Source: Gammaproteobacteria bacterium (GTDB lineage Bacteria > Pseudomonadota > Gammaproteobacteria > JAAEPA01). Taken from it: DNA of 49,933 nt. Below the pieces are notes generated by a model. The model did no database searches. It was not told where the DNA came from and worked only from the letters and a program-made list of their open reading frames with translations. A program made the position numbers and the translations under genes. The stretch covers positions 1-49,933 of the forward strand of contig JAAEPA010000156.1 in assembly GCA_024222475.1 (NCBI GenBank). The letters run 5' to 3'. Below, piece by piece: positions 39,501-49,791 of this stretch; within the stretch, counting starts at the first letter, position 1; the number at the start of each line of letters is the position of its first letter.

Positions 39501-41821
39501 CCAGTGATCAAGAGGTCCGGGTAAAAACCTCTGACGATCCAGCTGACCGGCCAACATCAGCCCAATTTACGGCCTGTAACCAATCGACCTTCAGTCAAAA
39601 TCTATTTACCGTTGATTATTTATGGAGTGCCGGTAAATGGCTCTATGATCTTAGTAATACAGAGGTGTTAACACAAGGTGCGTATTCCGCCATCAACAAC
39701 AGGTACATCGTCACTGCAATTGATGGTTCGGACGGAAGTTCTCGAAATGGAATAATCGAGAGGGATGAACAACAGGATTTTGAAGATGCGAGTTTCAGCG
39801 GTAGGGAAGGTTTGCTGTCTGCCACAACGAATTCGGAAGCGGCAGATATCGTCAACTTTACCCGTGGCAGCAATGCGGTCGCTAGTTACCGTAGTCGGCA
39901 GATTGAGATAGGCGCAAGCGAAAAGACATGGCGTCTGGGTGATGTCATTCATTCATCGCCTATCGCCTTGGCGATGCCGGCGGAGGATTACCACTTTATC
40001 TATGCAGGAACGACATTTGGTAATAGTTATAAGAACTTTGTGGTTGAGTACTTGAATCGCAGAACCATGGTATTCACAGGTGCCAATGATGGTATGGTGC
40101 ACGCATTCAACGGTGGATATTATGACCAGTCAATAAAAACCTATCAGAATGGTTTCTCTAGCACCACACAATATCCGTTAGGAAAGGAGTTGTGGGCCTA
40201 TCTACCCTATAATGTATTGCCTCATCTAAAGTATCTGGCCGATGCCACCTATGGGAGTCAGGATGGCGACCATCTTTATATGATAGATGCGGAGCCGCGC
40301 ATCTTTGACGCCAGGATATTCAATGACGCTGCCAGCTCAACTACCGGTGGTGTCGATGGTCAGAGCGGCAGTGCTCACCCCAACGGTTGGGGTACGATCC
40401 TGGTGGGATCCATGCGATTTGGCGGCGGCCCTGTGCAGATAGACGTCGATAATGACGGCTCGTTAGACGAGACGCTGAGTTCCTCCTTTTTTATCCTGGA
40501 CATCACGGATCCCGAATCACCGCCACAGGTACTGTTCGAGTACACAATGGCCGATCTTGGTTTTACTATGTCGATACCTACACCAATCAGGAAAAATGAT
40601 GTCAATGGTATCGACCAATGGTACTTGTTGCTGGGTTCCGGGCCAATTGATGCAACATCCCCCCCCTTGGGCGTACGGGATGCCACCAGCTCACAACATG
40701 CCAGACTGCTGCTGCTTGATCTCAAGTCTATGAGCTTGGAGAGTGCCTTTGATAGTGACGGTATCGTGGTGCTGAATGGCGCAGATGATGCCACAAATGC
40801 CTTTGTGACGGGCATGTTACCGGTGGACTATAATCTGGACACGCAAACAGATGCCGTTTATATCAGCACGGTGAGCGGTACGACAGGAAACTTCGCTGGG
40901 AAACTATACCGACTGACCTTGCGCAGCAGCGACGGCACGGGTGTTCCAAACAGCGGTAGTTATAAAGATATCGCTTCATGGTCGACAGAGATCATGCTCG
41001 ATGATGTCGGACCCATTTCAGCGCTCCCAAATGCTGCGGTAGATTCGTTTGGTAATCGGTGGATATTCATAGGAACCGGCCGTTTTCTAGTACGCAATGA
41101 TGCCATCGACAGTAGTCAGCAGGCCTACTATGGTATCAAGGAACCCAGAGATAGCACTGCAGGTGGTTTTATTTGGGGGGCAGTAGATAAAAATAAACTC
41201 GTGAATGTGACGACTACCGGTGTGAATACGGATGATACACTGTCATCTAGTGTTGATACCCTGAGCAGCGCTAATTCTGTGAGTACCTATTCCGCACTCA
41301 ACACCGCCATGGTCAAACCTCCAACCAGTACCTTTAATGCCAACCATGGCTGGTATCGCAGCTTTGGTCAGTCACCGCAAACGGCATATGAGCGCAACGT
41401 CGGGCAGGCTGCGGTATTGGGTGGCATCTTGGCTTTTACTACCTTCGAACCGTCGGGCGATATATGTGCGTACGAAGGCTCATCTAATCTCTATGCCTTG
41501 AGTTTTACCACCGGCACGGCAAATCCGGGTGCAGCAGCCTTCGGCACTCCTGATACCTCTGGTGGGGCTGTACCAGTGGTTGATTTGGTCGATCTGGGCG
41601 AAGGCCTGGTGACGACTGTCAGTTTCCACACCAGCCCAGGTTACAAGAAGACCAGCCACTCCAACAACGGAGATCCTACTGGGGATGATTCTACCAGTAG
41701 CCATGGTACAGATACCCTGGGGGCCATTGCCGTATCATCAACAGGTGAAAATAGTCAAACCGAGATGCAGACTTCTGGAGCGGTAACCAGTGGCGAGTCA
41801 AATTGGCGTTTCGAGTATTAA
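36578..41821 (+). CDS. pilY1: PilY1-family type IV pilus tip adhesin, unusually large (~1747 aa), with an interrupted vWA domain
   Basis: Signal peptide. vWA MIDAS DTSGS, WDGNFLNWLSMRR, TTPIAETLYN, FVLNFNDGAP. C-terminal PilY1 propeller motifs WRLGDVIHSSP, GANDGMVHAFN, ELWAYLP, VDYNLDTQTDAVYIS. AGGTGA lies 5 nt before ATG 36578; the ORF opens at GTG 36569. Confidence 0.85.
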   Translation: MEKNISHTPLCKGLFHRLITLIGGFILGLAAAVPFQVYAAGETSADYIAIPPFIAQTTDRPNVIISLDTSGSMKIPAYGQIGKSWSSDVHDNFDPSTVYYGYFDPTKYYVYDDDPAKLFFIEDPVSPSAKTTDNWDGNFLNWLSMRRFDIVRKVLIGGKVRDRNTESIGGDDWYVLLGQDEPQDRQFYKSYTSSSAHTPTQYADGTVFEMANGKIIPTTGGAGSNVQVINVQDTPSESVEMGQVTMDWQIGDPWVDVSFINTYATPPVVVAKSLAFNGGDPTLIRVQNITTTGFQIRMQEWDYKDGNHTTEELFYIAANSGNYNITLDSGSSLRVEAGTISGVSTLCDSSTQHQALSPFLSTPVLFTGISTFNEADAVVTRNENVATNGFDVCLQEQESKTVASESHAAEDIHYIAIAPGSAVGTLPSSGVTSTAGAQIEIGDSGGTNIDDSWDLITFATTFREPPTVVMDMQTLQGDNTATLRVADDTWTTTQMDVKVEEEKSDDSETTHVDERIGYVAVSGSGTFNIHLAIKETDTVNRPKEPKGLLQALEGGMRLGLAVFNYNHDRNPTSVYSTSGKDFDGGTFFPCYPDVLKPTSQRTNWDICKETYAGAPLDDLIEVIEDHPLIWATTPIAETLYNIGQYAVQGNHPTGTDLNSNPWPHDEIRQGYPTAPSPNHTPLFANNDGSTAHPNVGTHPPYKVNNTWDPYYYSDVNATLPCAKTFVLNFNDGAPYTDWDTSNGFTVPTDFVGDGDGDYGENEALDDVALMFRNQDIRDDLAGHQEIVSYYVLAALGADPSEVGATSRRRLMEAAVNGGFNDLDGDHLPDVAHPADIVNYISTHDDNGDLSDGGDCSALINEWDQDGDCVPDTFFFANDGFKLEQELLAAFQSILKRVASGAAASVLAGSTSGEGAIYQARFEQERTEGATTVHWIGDITATFIDSAGRLREDGDGDQVLDGDITVDEIIDMCYNTSDQEVRVKTSDDPADRPTSAQFTACNQSTFSQNLFTVDYLWSAGKWLYDLSNTEVLTQGAYSAINNRYIVTAIDGSDGSSRNGIIERDEQQDFEDASFSGREGLLSATTNSEAADIVNFTRGSNAVASYRSRQIEIGASEKTWRLGDVIHSSPIALAMPAEDYHFIYAGTTFGNSYKNFVVEYLNRRTMVFTGANDGMVHAFNGGYYDQSIKTYQNGFSSTTQYPLGKELWAYLPYNVLPHLKYLADATYGSQDGDHLYMIDAEPRIFDARIFNDAASSTTGGVDGQSGSAHPNGWGTILVGSMRFGGGPVQIDVDNDGSLDETLSSSFFILDITDPESPPQVLFEYTMADLGFTMSIPTPIRKNDVNGIDQWYLLLGSGPIDATSPPLGVRDATSSQHARLLLLDLKSMSLESAFDSDGIVVLNGADDATNAFVTGMLPVDYNLDTQTDAVYISTVSGTTGNFAGKLYRLTLRSSDGTGVPNSGSYKDIASWSTEIMLDDVGPISALPNAAVDSFGNRWIFIGTGRFLVRNDAIDSSQQAYYGIKEPRDSTAGGFIWGAVDKNKLVNVTTTGVNTDDTLSSSVDTLSSANSVSTYSALNTAMVKPPTSTFNANHGWYRSFGQSPQTAYERNVGQAAVLGGILAFTTFEPSGDICAYEGSSNLYALSFTTGTANPGAAAFGTPDTSGGAVPVVDLVDLGEGLVTTVSFHTSPGYKKTSHSNNGDPTGDDSTSSHGTDTLGAIAVSSTGENSQTEMQTSGAVTSGESNWRFEY

Positions 41822-41923
41822 CCTACCTATACAGGGGGCCTTGGATTCTCAAAATTTCTTGCCGAAAGCGTTGCATAGAAGTACAAGGCATCGTTCTAAG
41901 GTCCTCAGTATTTAGGAGTAAAA

Positions 41924-42337
41924 ATGTCCTATAAACGCTATGAACTTGGATTTAATTTAATCGAACTCATGATAGTAGTAGCGATATCCTCCATCATTGC
42001 TATGGTGGCGATACCTGCATATCAAGATTCGGTGATAAAGGGTAAACGTACTGAGGGGCAAGCCGCTTTAGTGAATATGGCGAATCGTATAGAAAAGTAT
42101 TTCTATGATAACAACAGCTATGTAGGCGCTACAGCTACCGGTTTGATGGGCAGTAGCGCAACCGAAAGTGGTTATTATCAGTTGCAAATTTCCGTAGCTA
42201 CTGCGACGGCTTATACTCTGCAGGCTCAGCCAGCCGGCAACTTCGATGATGCTTATTGCCAGACCCTTACCTTAGATCACTCTGGCACCAAAGGCGTTGC
42301 GGGCGGTGCAACCAAACCGGCATCTGAGTGCTGGTGA
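41924..42337 (+). CDS. pilE: Type IV pilus minor pilin PilE
   Basis: 137 aa. Leader MSYKRYELG/FNLIELMIVVAI, then AIPAYQDSVIKGKRTEGQAAL and a C-terminal Cys pair. AGGAG lies upstream. Confidence 0.8.
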   Translation: MSYKRYELGFNLIELMIVVAISSIIAMVAIPAYQDSVIKGKRTEGQAALVNMANRIEKYFYDNNSYVGATATGLMGSSATESGYYQLQISVATATAYTLQAQPAGNFDDAYCQTLTLDHSGTKGVAGGATKPASECW

Positions 42338-42350
42338 GACCACAGCTATC

Positions 42351-43307
42351 CTAGTCTGGATGGGGTTGTGGTTTCGTCCTTAGTTCTTGCGGCAGGCTGA
42401 AAACTACCTCTTCACGAACGCCATCAATTTCCCGAATAACTGCTGTGCCGTAACGTCCGAGCTTCTTAATAACACGCTGAACCAGTATTTCGGGTGCTGA
42501 TGCTCCTGCTGTAACACCAACGCATCGTTTATCTTTCAGCCAACGATCATCAATTTCCTCTGGACCGTCAATCAAATAAGCTTCTACCGGCTTGTTGGCG
42601 GCGATCTCCTGTAAGCGGTTGGAGTTGGAGCTGTTGGGAGAGCCGACGACCAGGATCAGGTCGCACTTGGCGACTAGTTGCTTCACTGCGTCTTGCCGGT
42701 TTTGCGTTGCATAGCATATATCGCTCTTGCGTGGACCGTAGATCTTTGGAAAGCGTTTTTGCAGGGCCTGGATAATCACGGCTGTATCGTCTATAGACAG
42801 TGTCGTCTGGGTGACGATCGCCAGAATATCAGGGTTCTTAACTCGCAGTTTTTCAACATCTTGAGGGTTCTCTACGAGATAGATGGCGCCCCCTTTTGAG
42901 CAGTCATATTGACCCATGGTCCCCTCGACCTCTGGATGGCCAGCATGTCCGATAAGAATAGTCTCGCGACCTTCCATGCAATATCTAGCGACCTCAAGAT
43001 GGACCTTGGTGACCAATGGACAGGTTGCATCAAAGACCTTGAGCTCGCGCTTACTCGCCTCCTGTTTTACCGCCCGAGAAACCCCATGCGCACTGAAGAT
43101 AACCGTGGCGTCATCGGGTACTTCACTGAGCTCCTCAACGAAAATTGCGCCTTTTCGTTTTAGATCATCGACTACAAACTTGTTATGAACCACTTCATGA
43201 CGCACATAGATCGGCGCCCCGAATAGCTCAAGGGCGCGTTTCACGATTTCGATAGCCCGGTCTACACCGGCACAGAAACCGCGAGGAGTTGCGAGTAGTA
43301 CTTCCAT
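42351..43307 (-). CDS. ispH: 4-hydroxy-3-methylbut-2-enyl diphosphate reductase (IspH/LytB)
   Basis: 318 aa. [22 protein letters not shown], and [12 protein letters not shown]. Conserved ribF-ileS-lspA-fkpB-ispH order. Confidence 0.93.
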   Translation of the reverse strand: MEVLLATPRGFCAGVDRAIEIVKRALELFGAPIYVRHEVVHNKFVVDDLKRKGAIFVEELSEVPDDATVIFSAHGVSRAVKQEASKRELKVFDATCPLVTKVHLEVARYCMEGRETILIGHAGHPEVEGTMGQYDCSKGGAIYLVENPQDVEKLRVKNPDILAIVTQTTLSIDDTAVIIQALQKRFPKIYGPRKSDICYATQNRQDAVKQLVAKCDLILVVGSPNSSNSNRLQEIAANKPVEAYLIDGPEEIDDRWLKDKRCVGVTAGASAPEILVQRVIKKLGRYGTAVIREIDGVREEVVFSLPQELRTKPQPHPD

Positions 43308-43417
43308 TCTATATACCTACCTATGGCTATTCGGAACTTGCTGGGAGGATTTGGGTTGATGGACGATTATAAATAAACTGACCTGCCAAGGGGGGAAAGC
43401 AGAGCGCATTTGGTGTC

Positions 43418-43870
43418 TCATGGGTTTGACACCTCCAAGATCTCCACAATATAGGTCAGCTCATGACCGGCCAGAGGATGATTAAAATCCACTCTTACAT
43501 GATCTTCAGTCATATCGAGGACAATCCCTGGAATTTGATCACCACCGGGGGTGGTGAATTCTACAATTACACCTGGTTCTAAGGGAATTTCCTGGGGAAA
43601 CTCGCCTCTGGCGAGTGCATGAACGGCCTGCGGATCACGAAAACCAAAACTTTGTTCTGGGGAGATATTAAATCGTCCTTTGTCTCCACGGCCAAGGCCA
43701 TAGAGGACCTGTTCTAGGCCCTGATGAAGTTCCCCCGTACCGATGACCAGTTCCACCGGTTCTTGCCCAAAGCTGCTTTCAGCAATCATGCCGTCTTCCA
43801 GGGCGATGGAGAAATGCAGTTTGACCTTACTTCCCATAGCAATAGATTTGGATCTGCCGTTCATTTTCAT
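43418..43870 (-). CDS. fkpB: FKBP-type peptidyl-prolyl cis-trans isomerase (FkpB/SlpA-like)
   Basis: ~140-150 aa. VKLHFSIALEDG, the HPLAGHEL motif of SlyD/FkpB-type PPIases, and synteny. The start may be ATG 43837. Confidence 0.8.
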   Translation of the reverse strand: MKMNGRSKSIAMGSKVKLHFSIALEDGMIAESSFGQEPVELVIGTGELHQGLEQVLYGLGRGDKGRFNISPEQSFGFRDPQAVHALARGEFPQEIPLEPGVIVEFTTPGGDQIPGIVLDMTEDHVRVDFNHPLAGHELTYIVEILEVSNP

Positions 43871-43883
43871 ACCATCGAGTTGA

Positions 43884-44393
43884 TTATCCTTGGTTTCCGG
43901 CTTCGGAGGATCGAGGCCTATTGAAAAAAAGACCGTGGATCATCAATACACTGGCACCCACAGTGATGGCCGAATCGGCAATATTGAAGGTCGGCCAGTA
44001 GTAGTCCTGGTAATACCACTGGATAAAGTCGATGACATGACCATAAAGCAGACGGTCGATCAGGTTACCCAATGCCCCGCCAAGCACCAAAGATAGTCCT
44101 ATGGCGGTCCATTTCTCGGAACTGTCTAACCGGGCTAGCCATGTCAGCAGGAATATGCAAACCGCCAGGGCCAACAGACTGAAGAACCAGCGTTGCCAGC
44201 CTCCGGCATCGCTCAAGAAGCTGAAGGCTGCGCCGGTATTGTAGACTAGGGTGAGATTGAATGAAGGAATTACAGATACCGGGATATGTAGGTCCAGGGC
44301 GCGTTCCGCCTGCCATTTGGTCAGCTGATCGATCAGAATTACCAATCCGGATAGCCCTGTCCACTTAAGCATATCGGCGTTGCTCGCCTTCAC
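43884..44393 (-). CDS. lspA: Lipoprotein signal peptidase (signal peptidase II)
   Basis: 169 aa. NTGAAFSF and FNIADS motifs, four TM helices. Overlaps the 3' end of ileS. Confidence 0.9.
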   Translation of the reverse strand: MKASNADMLKWTGLSGLVILIDQLTKWQAERALDLHIPVSVIPSFNLTLVYNTGAAFSFLSDAGGWQRWFFSLLALAVCIFLLTWLARLDSSEKWTAIGLSLVLGGALGNLIDRLLYGHVIDFIQWYYQDYYWPTFNIADSAITVGASVLMIHGLFFNRPRSSEAGNQG

Positions 44394-47202
44394 CGTCTAC
44401 ATTCGATACACATCGGCCGCAGAGTTGAGGGTGATTCTGATTCTTGCCGACGTCTTTTCGGTGATGCCAGCAGCGGATGCATTTGTCGTGGGAGCTGGGT
44501 GTGGCTCTGATCCCGATCTCACCGCTACTCAGCGTATAGTTCACCGTATCCGTCGGGGGGGTAACGCCGTTGTAGATTCTGGCATATGAGGTAATGAGCA
44601 CAAAGCGTAGTTCATCCTCCAATTTTTCGAGTGTTGCGTATAGCTTTTCGTCGCAATAAAGATCGACTTCGGCATCCAGCGATGATCCTATCCGATTATT
44701 GACCCGCAATTTTTCTAACTCCTTACTAACCGCATCACGCACCTCGATGACTTCGTCCCAGAACGATGTCATGGTCATGCCCTTTGCTCTTTCCTCGTCT
44801 GGATACGTTATCGCTGGGATGTCATGCCAGGTGCTCAGGAACACGGATTCCTCCCGGCTGCCGGGGATGAGTCCCCAGATTTCTTCCGCCGTGAAACTTA
44901 GCACCGGAGCCAGCCAGTGCGCCATGGCTTGGATAATATGATACATGGCGGACTGGGCCGAGCGCCGGGCGCTGCTGTCCGCTTGGGTGGTGTAGAGCCG
45001 GTCTTTGAGGATATCGAGATAGAAGTTACCCATCTTCACCGTACAGAAGTTGTGCAGTTCCTGATAGATCCGATGGAACTCGTAGGTCTTGTAGGCAATC
45101 TTGATGTTAGTTTGCAGCTGGGTGGCTTGGTCCACGGCCCATCTGTCCAGAGACAGCATGTGCGTGGGTGCAAGTGCAAACATATCTTGTTGCGGATCGA
45201 AGCCATGCAAATTTCCGAGCAGAAAACGTGCCGTATTACGGATGCGCCGATAGGCATCGGCCGTGCGTTTGATAATTTCGTCGGACACCGCCATCTCGCC
45301 GCTATAATCTGCGGAGGCGACCCATAGACGTAGGATATCGGCGCCCAGGGCCTTGATCACTTTTTGTGGGGCAACCACGTTCCCGCGAGACTTTGACATC
45401 TTCTGCCCCTTGGCATCGACGGTGAACCCATGGGTGAGCACCTGTTTATAAGGCGCAGTGCCATGCATGGCCACCGCAGTAAGTAGCGAGGACTGAAACC
45501 AACCACGATGCTGATCGGAACCCTCCAGATAAAGATCAGCCGGATATTCGAGTTCATCACGCACATCCAATACACAGGCATGGGTCACACCGGAGTCGAA
45601 CCAGACATCCAGGGTGTCGGTGACCATTTCGTAATCCTCGGCCTCTTCGCCCAGGAGTTCTGCGGGCTGGAGTTCGAACCAAGCATCGATGCCTTTGGTT
45701 TCCATTTTGACAGCTACTGATTCCATAAGCCTTGTTGTATCGGGGTGAAGTTCGCCGCTGTGTCGGTTAACAAACAGGGCGATGGGTACACCCCAGGTTC
45801 GTTGTCGGGAGATACACCAATCAGGTCGAGTTTCAATCATGCCGCGGATCCTGGCCATGCCCCAATCGGGTATCCAACGTACTTCTTTGATGGCATCGAG
45901 GGCCTGTTCGCGCAATCCGGCCTGATCCATGCCTATGAACCATTGAGGGGTAGAGCGAAAGATGATCGGCGTCTTGTGCCGCCAGCAGTGCGGATAGCTG
46001 TGCCGTAGCGGCTCCTGATGTACCAGTGTTTGGTGTTGTTCCAACACCTCGATGACATGGGTGTTGGCCTCGAACACCGATTCACCTGAAAAAAGCTCGG
46101 TATCGGGCAAAAACCGACCGTCTGGACCTACCGGATTGGTCACGGGTAATTGGTAGGGTAAACCCACAGCATAGTCATCCTGACCATGCCCGGGGGCCGT
46201 GTGTACTGCGCCTGTTCCGGCCTCTATGGTCACGTGTTCACCCAGGATGATCGGGACCTCGCGCGCGTAAAAGGGGTGTTTGAGGCGTTGATGCTCTAAG
46301 GCCCGGCCTAGGCAGTGACCTAAGATCCGTGGACTTTCCAGTCCATAACGTCGGCAGGCGGAATCCATGAGATCTTGTGCCAGCAGCAGGCGTTCATCAT
46401 CGGTCTGTATCAGGACATAGGTCAGGGTAGGGTGTAGGGCAACGGCCTGATTTGCAGGTAATGTCCATGGTGTAGTCGTCCAGATGATCACTGACACAGG
46501 ACCCTGACCCTGTTCGGCGAACGAGCCTTTTGCTAGGAATTCGGCGATATCTGCGACCGGGAAGCGCGCATCGATCGATGGCGATGTCTTGTCCTCATAT
46601 TCAACCTCCGCTTCTGCCAATGCAGAACCGCACTCCACGCACCAATGTACCGGTTTGGCGCCCCGATGCAGATGGCCTCGATCAATGATTTTTCCCAGCG
46701 CGCGCAAGATATTGGCCTCGAAGCCGAAGTCCATGGTCTGATAAGGCCGATCCCAAGCACCTAAGATCCCCAAGCGCTTGAAGTCGTGCCGTTGGGTATT
46801 GATCTGAGTTGCCGCATAGTCGCGACAGGCCTGACGAAAGGCCATGTGATCAACTTTGTGTCCAGCGCGACCAAGCCTTTTTTCAACCTGCAATTCTATG
46901 GGTAGACCATGGCAATCCCAACCGGGTATATAAGGGGCATCAAAACCGCTCAGCGTCTTGCTCTTGACGATGATGTCCTTGAGCACCTTGTTGACTGCAT
47001 GGCCGATATGGATTTCCCCATTGGCATAGGGAGGGCCATCATGGAGGATAAATTTTGGTCTTCCGCTAGATGCTTGGCGAATTTTCCGGTACAGCCCGTC
47101 TGTTTCCCAGCGCCTGAGCATCTCTGGCTCACGTTTGGCTAGATTGCCACGCATGGGGAATTGAGTCTTGGGTAGGTTTAGGGTGTTTTTATAGTCGCTC
47201 AC
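44365..47202 (-). CDS. ileS: Isoleucine--tRNA ligase
   Basis: 945 aa. HIGH motif ([14 protein letters not shown]), KMSKS, C-terminal zinc-binding CIRCWH...CGRC. Confidence 0.96.
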   Translation of the reverse strand: MSDYKNTLNLPKTQFPMRGNLAKREPEMLRRWETDGLYRKIRQASSGRPKFILHDGPPYANGEIHIGHAVNKVLKDIIVKSKTLSGFDAPYIPGWDCHGLPIELQVEKRLGRAGHKVDHMAFRQACRDYAATQINTQRHDFKRLGILGAWDRPYQTMDFGFEANILRALGKIIDRGHLHRGAKPVHWCVECGSALAEAEVEYEDKTSPSIDARFPVADIAEFLAKGSFAEQGQGPVSVIIWTTTPWTLPANQAVALHPTLTYVLIQTDDERLLLAQDLMDSACRRYGLESPRILGHCLGRALEHQRLKHPFYAREVPIILGEHVTIEAGTGAVHTAPGHGQDDYAVGLPYQLPVTNPVGPDGRFLPDTELFSGESVFEANTHVIEVLEQHQTLVHQEPLRHSYPHCWRHKTPIIFRSTPQWFIGMDQAGLREQALDAIKEVRWIPDWGMARIRGMIETRPDWCISRQRTWGVPIALFVNRHSGELHPDTTRLMESVAVKMETKGIDAWFELQPAELLGEEAEDYEMVTDTLDVWFDSGVTHACVLDVRDELEYPADLYLEGSDQHRGWFQSSLLTAVAMHGTAPYKQVLTHGFTVDAKGQKMSKSRGNVVAPQKVIKALGADILRLWVASADYSGEMAVSDEIIKRTADAYRRIRNTARFLLGNLHGFDPQQDMFALAPTHMLSLDRWAVDQATQLQTNIKIAYKTYEFHRIYQELHNFCTVKMGNFYLDILKDRLYTTQADSSARRSAQSAMYHIIQAMAHWLAPVLSFTAEEIWGLIPGSREESVFLSTWHDIPAITYPDEERAKGMTMTSFWDEVIEVRDAVSKELEKLRVNNRIGSSLDAEVDLYCDEKLYATLEKLEDELRFVLITSYARIYNGVTPPTDTVNYTLSSGEIGIRATPSSHDKCIRCWHHRKDVGKNQNHPQLCGRCVSNVDGEGEQRRYA

Positions 47203-47241
47203 GATAAAAAAGAGTCTTGTTGTTTGGTGCTAAGTAATGGT

Positions 47242-48162
47242 TCAAAGTACATTGCGGGCCATGGTCACATCGTGCCGGATTTGTATCTTCAGGGCGTCAA
47301 GTGAATCAAACCGGGTTTCCTCCCGAAGCTTATAGAGTAGATCTACATGCAGATGCCGGCCATAGATTTCATCGGTGAAATCCAGTAAATGGACCTCTAT
47401 TCGTTTATCGGTACCGTTCACGGTAGGCCGAGTCCCGATATTAACAACGGCATTGAGTGGGTAGTTGTTCAGGCCGTGGACCTTTGCTGCAAAGACGCCG
47501 TTTACCGGAGAAACTTGACGGCCGAGACGCACATTGGCTGTAGGAAATCCCAGTTTTCTGCCCAGTCTTTCCCCCTGGACGACTCTGCCGCTGATTCGAT
47601 AAGGACGCCCTAAAAATCTTTGTGCCGTTTCCAGATCGCCACGTTGCAGGGCATGACGAATAAGGGTGCTGCTGGCCCTCTTACCGTCGATGATAAATGA
47701 TGGCATGTGAGTGACTTCAAATCCGAACTCTCGACCGGCCTCTTGTAGCATGGCGTAGTTACCTTTTCGGTCGCTACCGAACTGGAAGTCGTCTCCCACG
47801 ACCAGGTAGCGTACTCCAAGACCATCCACCAGGGTCTGCTTAATGAAGATCTCGGGCAGCATATCAGCCAAGCCCTGATTAAACCGCAGGCAAAGTAGCC
47901 GGTCTATGGCAAAATTTTGAATAACCTGGAGCTTCTCCCGAAATCGGGTCAGGCGCGCCGGGGCCTTAGAGCCAGTAAAAAATTCCCGGGGAAGGGGTTC
48001 GAATATGATCACTTGGGAGGGCAGCCGCAATTCCTTCGCCTTGTTGGTAACTTGCCGAAGTACTGCCTGGTGACCACAATGCACACCATCGAAATTACCG
48101 ATAGTGGTGACACATCCTCGATGCCTGGGCGACAGATTATAGCTGCCTCGAATCAGCTCCAT
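47242..48162 (-). CDS. ribF: Bifunctional riboflavin kinase/FMN adenylyltransferase
   Basis: 306 aa. GNFDGVHCGHQ, and a riboflavin kinase C-terminal half (GFPTAN, EVHLLDF). Confidence 0.92.
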   Translation of the reverse strand: MELIRGSYNLSPRHRGCVTTIGNFDGVHCGHQAVLRQVTNKAKELRLPSQVIIFEPLPREFFTGSKAPARLTRFREKLQVIQNFAIDRLLCLRFNQGLADMLPEIFIKQTLVDGLGVRYLVVGDDFQFGSDRKGNYAMLQEAGREFGFEVTHMPSFIIDGKRASSTLIRHALQRGDLETAQRFLGRPYRISGRVVQGERLGRKLGFPTANVRLGRQVSPVNGVFAAKVHGLNNYPLNAVVNIGTRPTVNGTDKRIEVHLLDFTDEIYGRHLHVDLLYKLREETRFDSLDALKIQIRHDVTMARNVL

Positions 48163-48276
48163 AAGGTTTCCATAAATCCACCATTATAGAGGCTGTCTGG
48201 TAAAAGATGAATCAATCCTAATGCTGATTTCCACCATTTCCGAATATCGATAAGGAATGCGAATGAAATAACTTCC

Positions 48277-49791
48277 CTATCTGATCAGGAATTGCCTCGG
48301 TCTAATACCCTGAATGAATAGGGTTAATAGGTACCCAAATGCGGCTAGGCAGATCAGTCCCGCCAATGAGGATCCTCGCTGCATCATGCCCCATTGATTC
48401 CAAGCGCTTAATGCGGGTGTCAGCAATACCAGGATGAGCGTTAACAATACCGTTGCTAAAAATATTTGGCGGATGAATTTCGACCAACCCGGTTGCAGTG
48501 TATAAATATTTATTCTTAACAAATGTCGAAACAACAGGCCGGCGTTGATAAAGGCGGAGGCGGCGGTGGCGAGGGCCAACCCCGTGTGTGGTCCTGGAAG
48601 CTCAAAATAGACCCAGGGCACGACAAAGATGACGTTCAATGCCATGTTGGCCAGCATCGCTATGATACCGATGCGTACCGGAGTTTTGGTATCCTGGCGG
48701 GAATAAAAACCGGGGGCCAGGACCTTGATCAGAATAAATGCCGGTAGTCCGCAGGCATAGGCCATTAGACTCATCGAGGCCATTTGGGAGTCGGCATAAC
48801 TGAATTCACGGTACTGGATCAGTGAGACCAAGATGGGGCCAGCCAGTAGAATAAGCCCCATCATCGCCGGGACGGTGACCAGCAGCGCCAGTCGCATTGC
48901 CCAGTCGAGAGTATGACTGAATTCCTCGGCGTGGTTGCGGGCATGTTGCCGAGACAGCCGCGGTAGAATTACCGTGGCGATGGCGATGCCAAACAATGCC
49001 AGGGGTAATTCAACAAACCGGTCCGAAAAATAGAGCCAGGAGATACTGCCCGTGGTTAAAAATGAGGCGATCAAGGTGTCGAATAATAGATTGATCTGCA
49101 CCACCGAGGTACCGAACAGTGCGGGGATCATCAAGCGCATAACGCGACGTACACCCTTATGAGCTGTCCTGAATCGTGGGCGGGGCAATAGCCCCAGGCG
49201 GTAAAGAAACGGCAACTGAAAGCCCAGTTGCACTACCCCCGCGATGAATACCCCTACCGCCAAGGCCGTGATGGGTGGATCCATATGGGGTGCCAGCCAG
49301 AGGGTTGCGCCGATCAGGGAAAAATTGAGCAGTACCGGGGTGACCGCCGGTACAGCAAACTTTCCCATGGCATTCAGGATTCCACCGGCCATTGCAGTCA
49401 GGGAGATGAACAGCAAGTACGGAAAGGTGAGGCGCAGCATGTACACAGTAAGATCGAAACGTGAATTCTCACCGATAAAACCGGGCGCAAAAATCGTGAT
49501 GAGCAATGGAGCGGCAAGGATTCCAAGTGCCGTAAGGGCCACCAAGACCAATCCCAGGGAGCCGGTGACATGGTCTACCAGATCCTTTAAATCGGTTTTC
49601 CCCTGCTGTTCCTTAATTTCAGAGAATATGGGCACGAAGGCTTGGGAAAATGCACCTTCGGCAAATAGACGGCGTAGAAAATTGGGTATCCGGAAGGCGA
49701 CAAAAAAAGCATCTGTTGCGCCGCTGGCGCCGAAGAATATGGCAATAACCACATCTCGCAGATACCCAAAGATTCTGGAGATTAGGGTCAT
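48277..49791 (-). CDS. murJ: Lipid II flippase MurJ (MviN)
   Basis: 504 aa. SRIFGYLRDVV...ATDAFFVAFRIPNFLRRLFAEGAFSQAFVPIF matches the conserved MurJ N-terminal region. Polytopic membrane protein. The true start may lie upstream (see findings). Confidence 0.9.
   Translation of the reverse strand: MTLISRIFGYLRDVVIAIFFGASGATDAFFVAFRIPNFLRRLFAEGAFSQAFVPIFSEIKEQQGKTDLKDLVDHVTGSLGLVLVALTALGILAAPLLITIFAPGFIGENSRFDLTVYMLRLTFPYLLFISLTAMAGGILNAMGKFAVPAVTPVLLNFSLIGATLWLAPHMDPPITALAVGVFIAGVVQLGFQLPFLYRLGLLPRPRFRTAHKGVRRVMRLMIPALFGTSVVQINLLFDTLIASFLTTGSISWLYFSDRFVELPLALFGIAIATVILPRLSRQHARNHAEEFSHTLDWAMRLALLVTVPAMMGLILLAGPILVSLIQYREFSYADSQMASMSLMAYACGLPAFILIKVLAPGFYSRQDTKTPVRIGIIAMLANMALNVIFVVPWVYFELPGPHTGLALATAASAFINAGLLFRHLLRINIYTLQPGWSKFIRQIFLATVLLTLILVLLTPALSAWNQWGMMQRGSSLAGLICLAAFGYLLTLFIQGIRPRQFLIR

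Noticed and set aside
40375-40815. 146-aa minus-strand ORF inside pilY1
   Set aside because: It is antisense to the conserved PilY1 propeller region. A shadow ORF.
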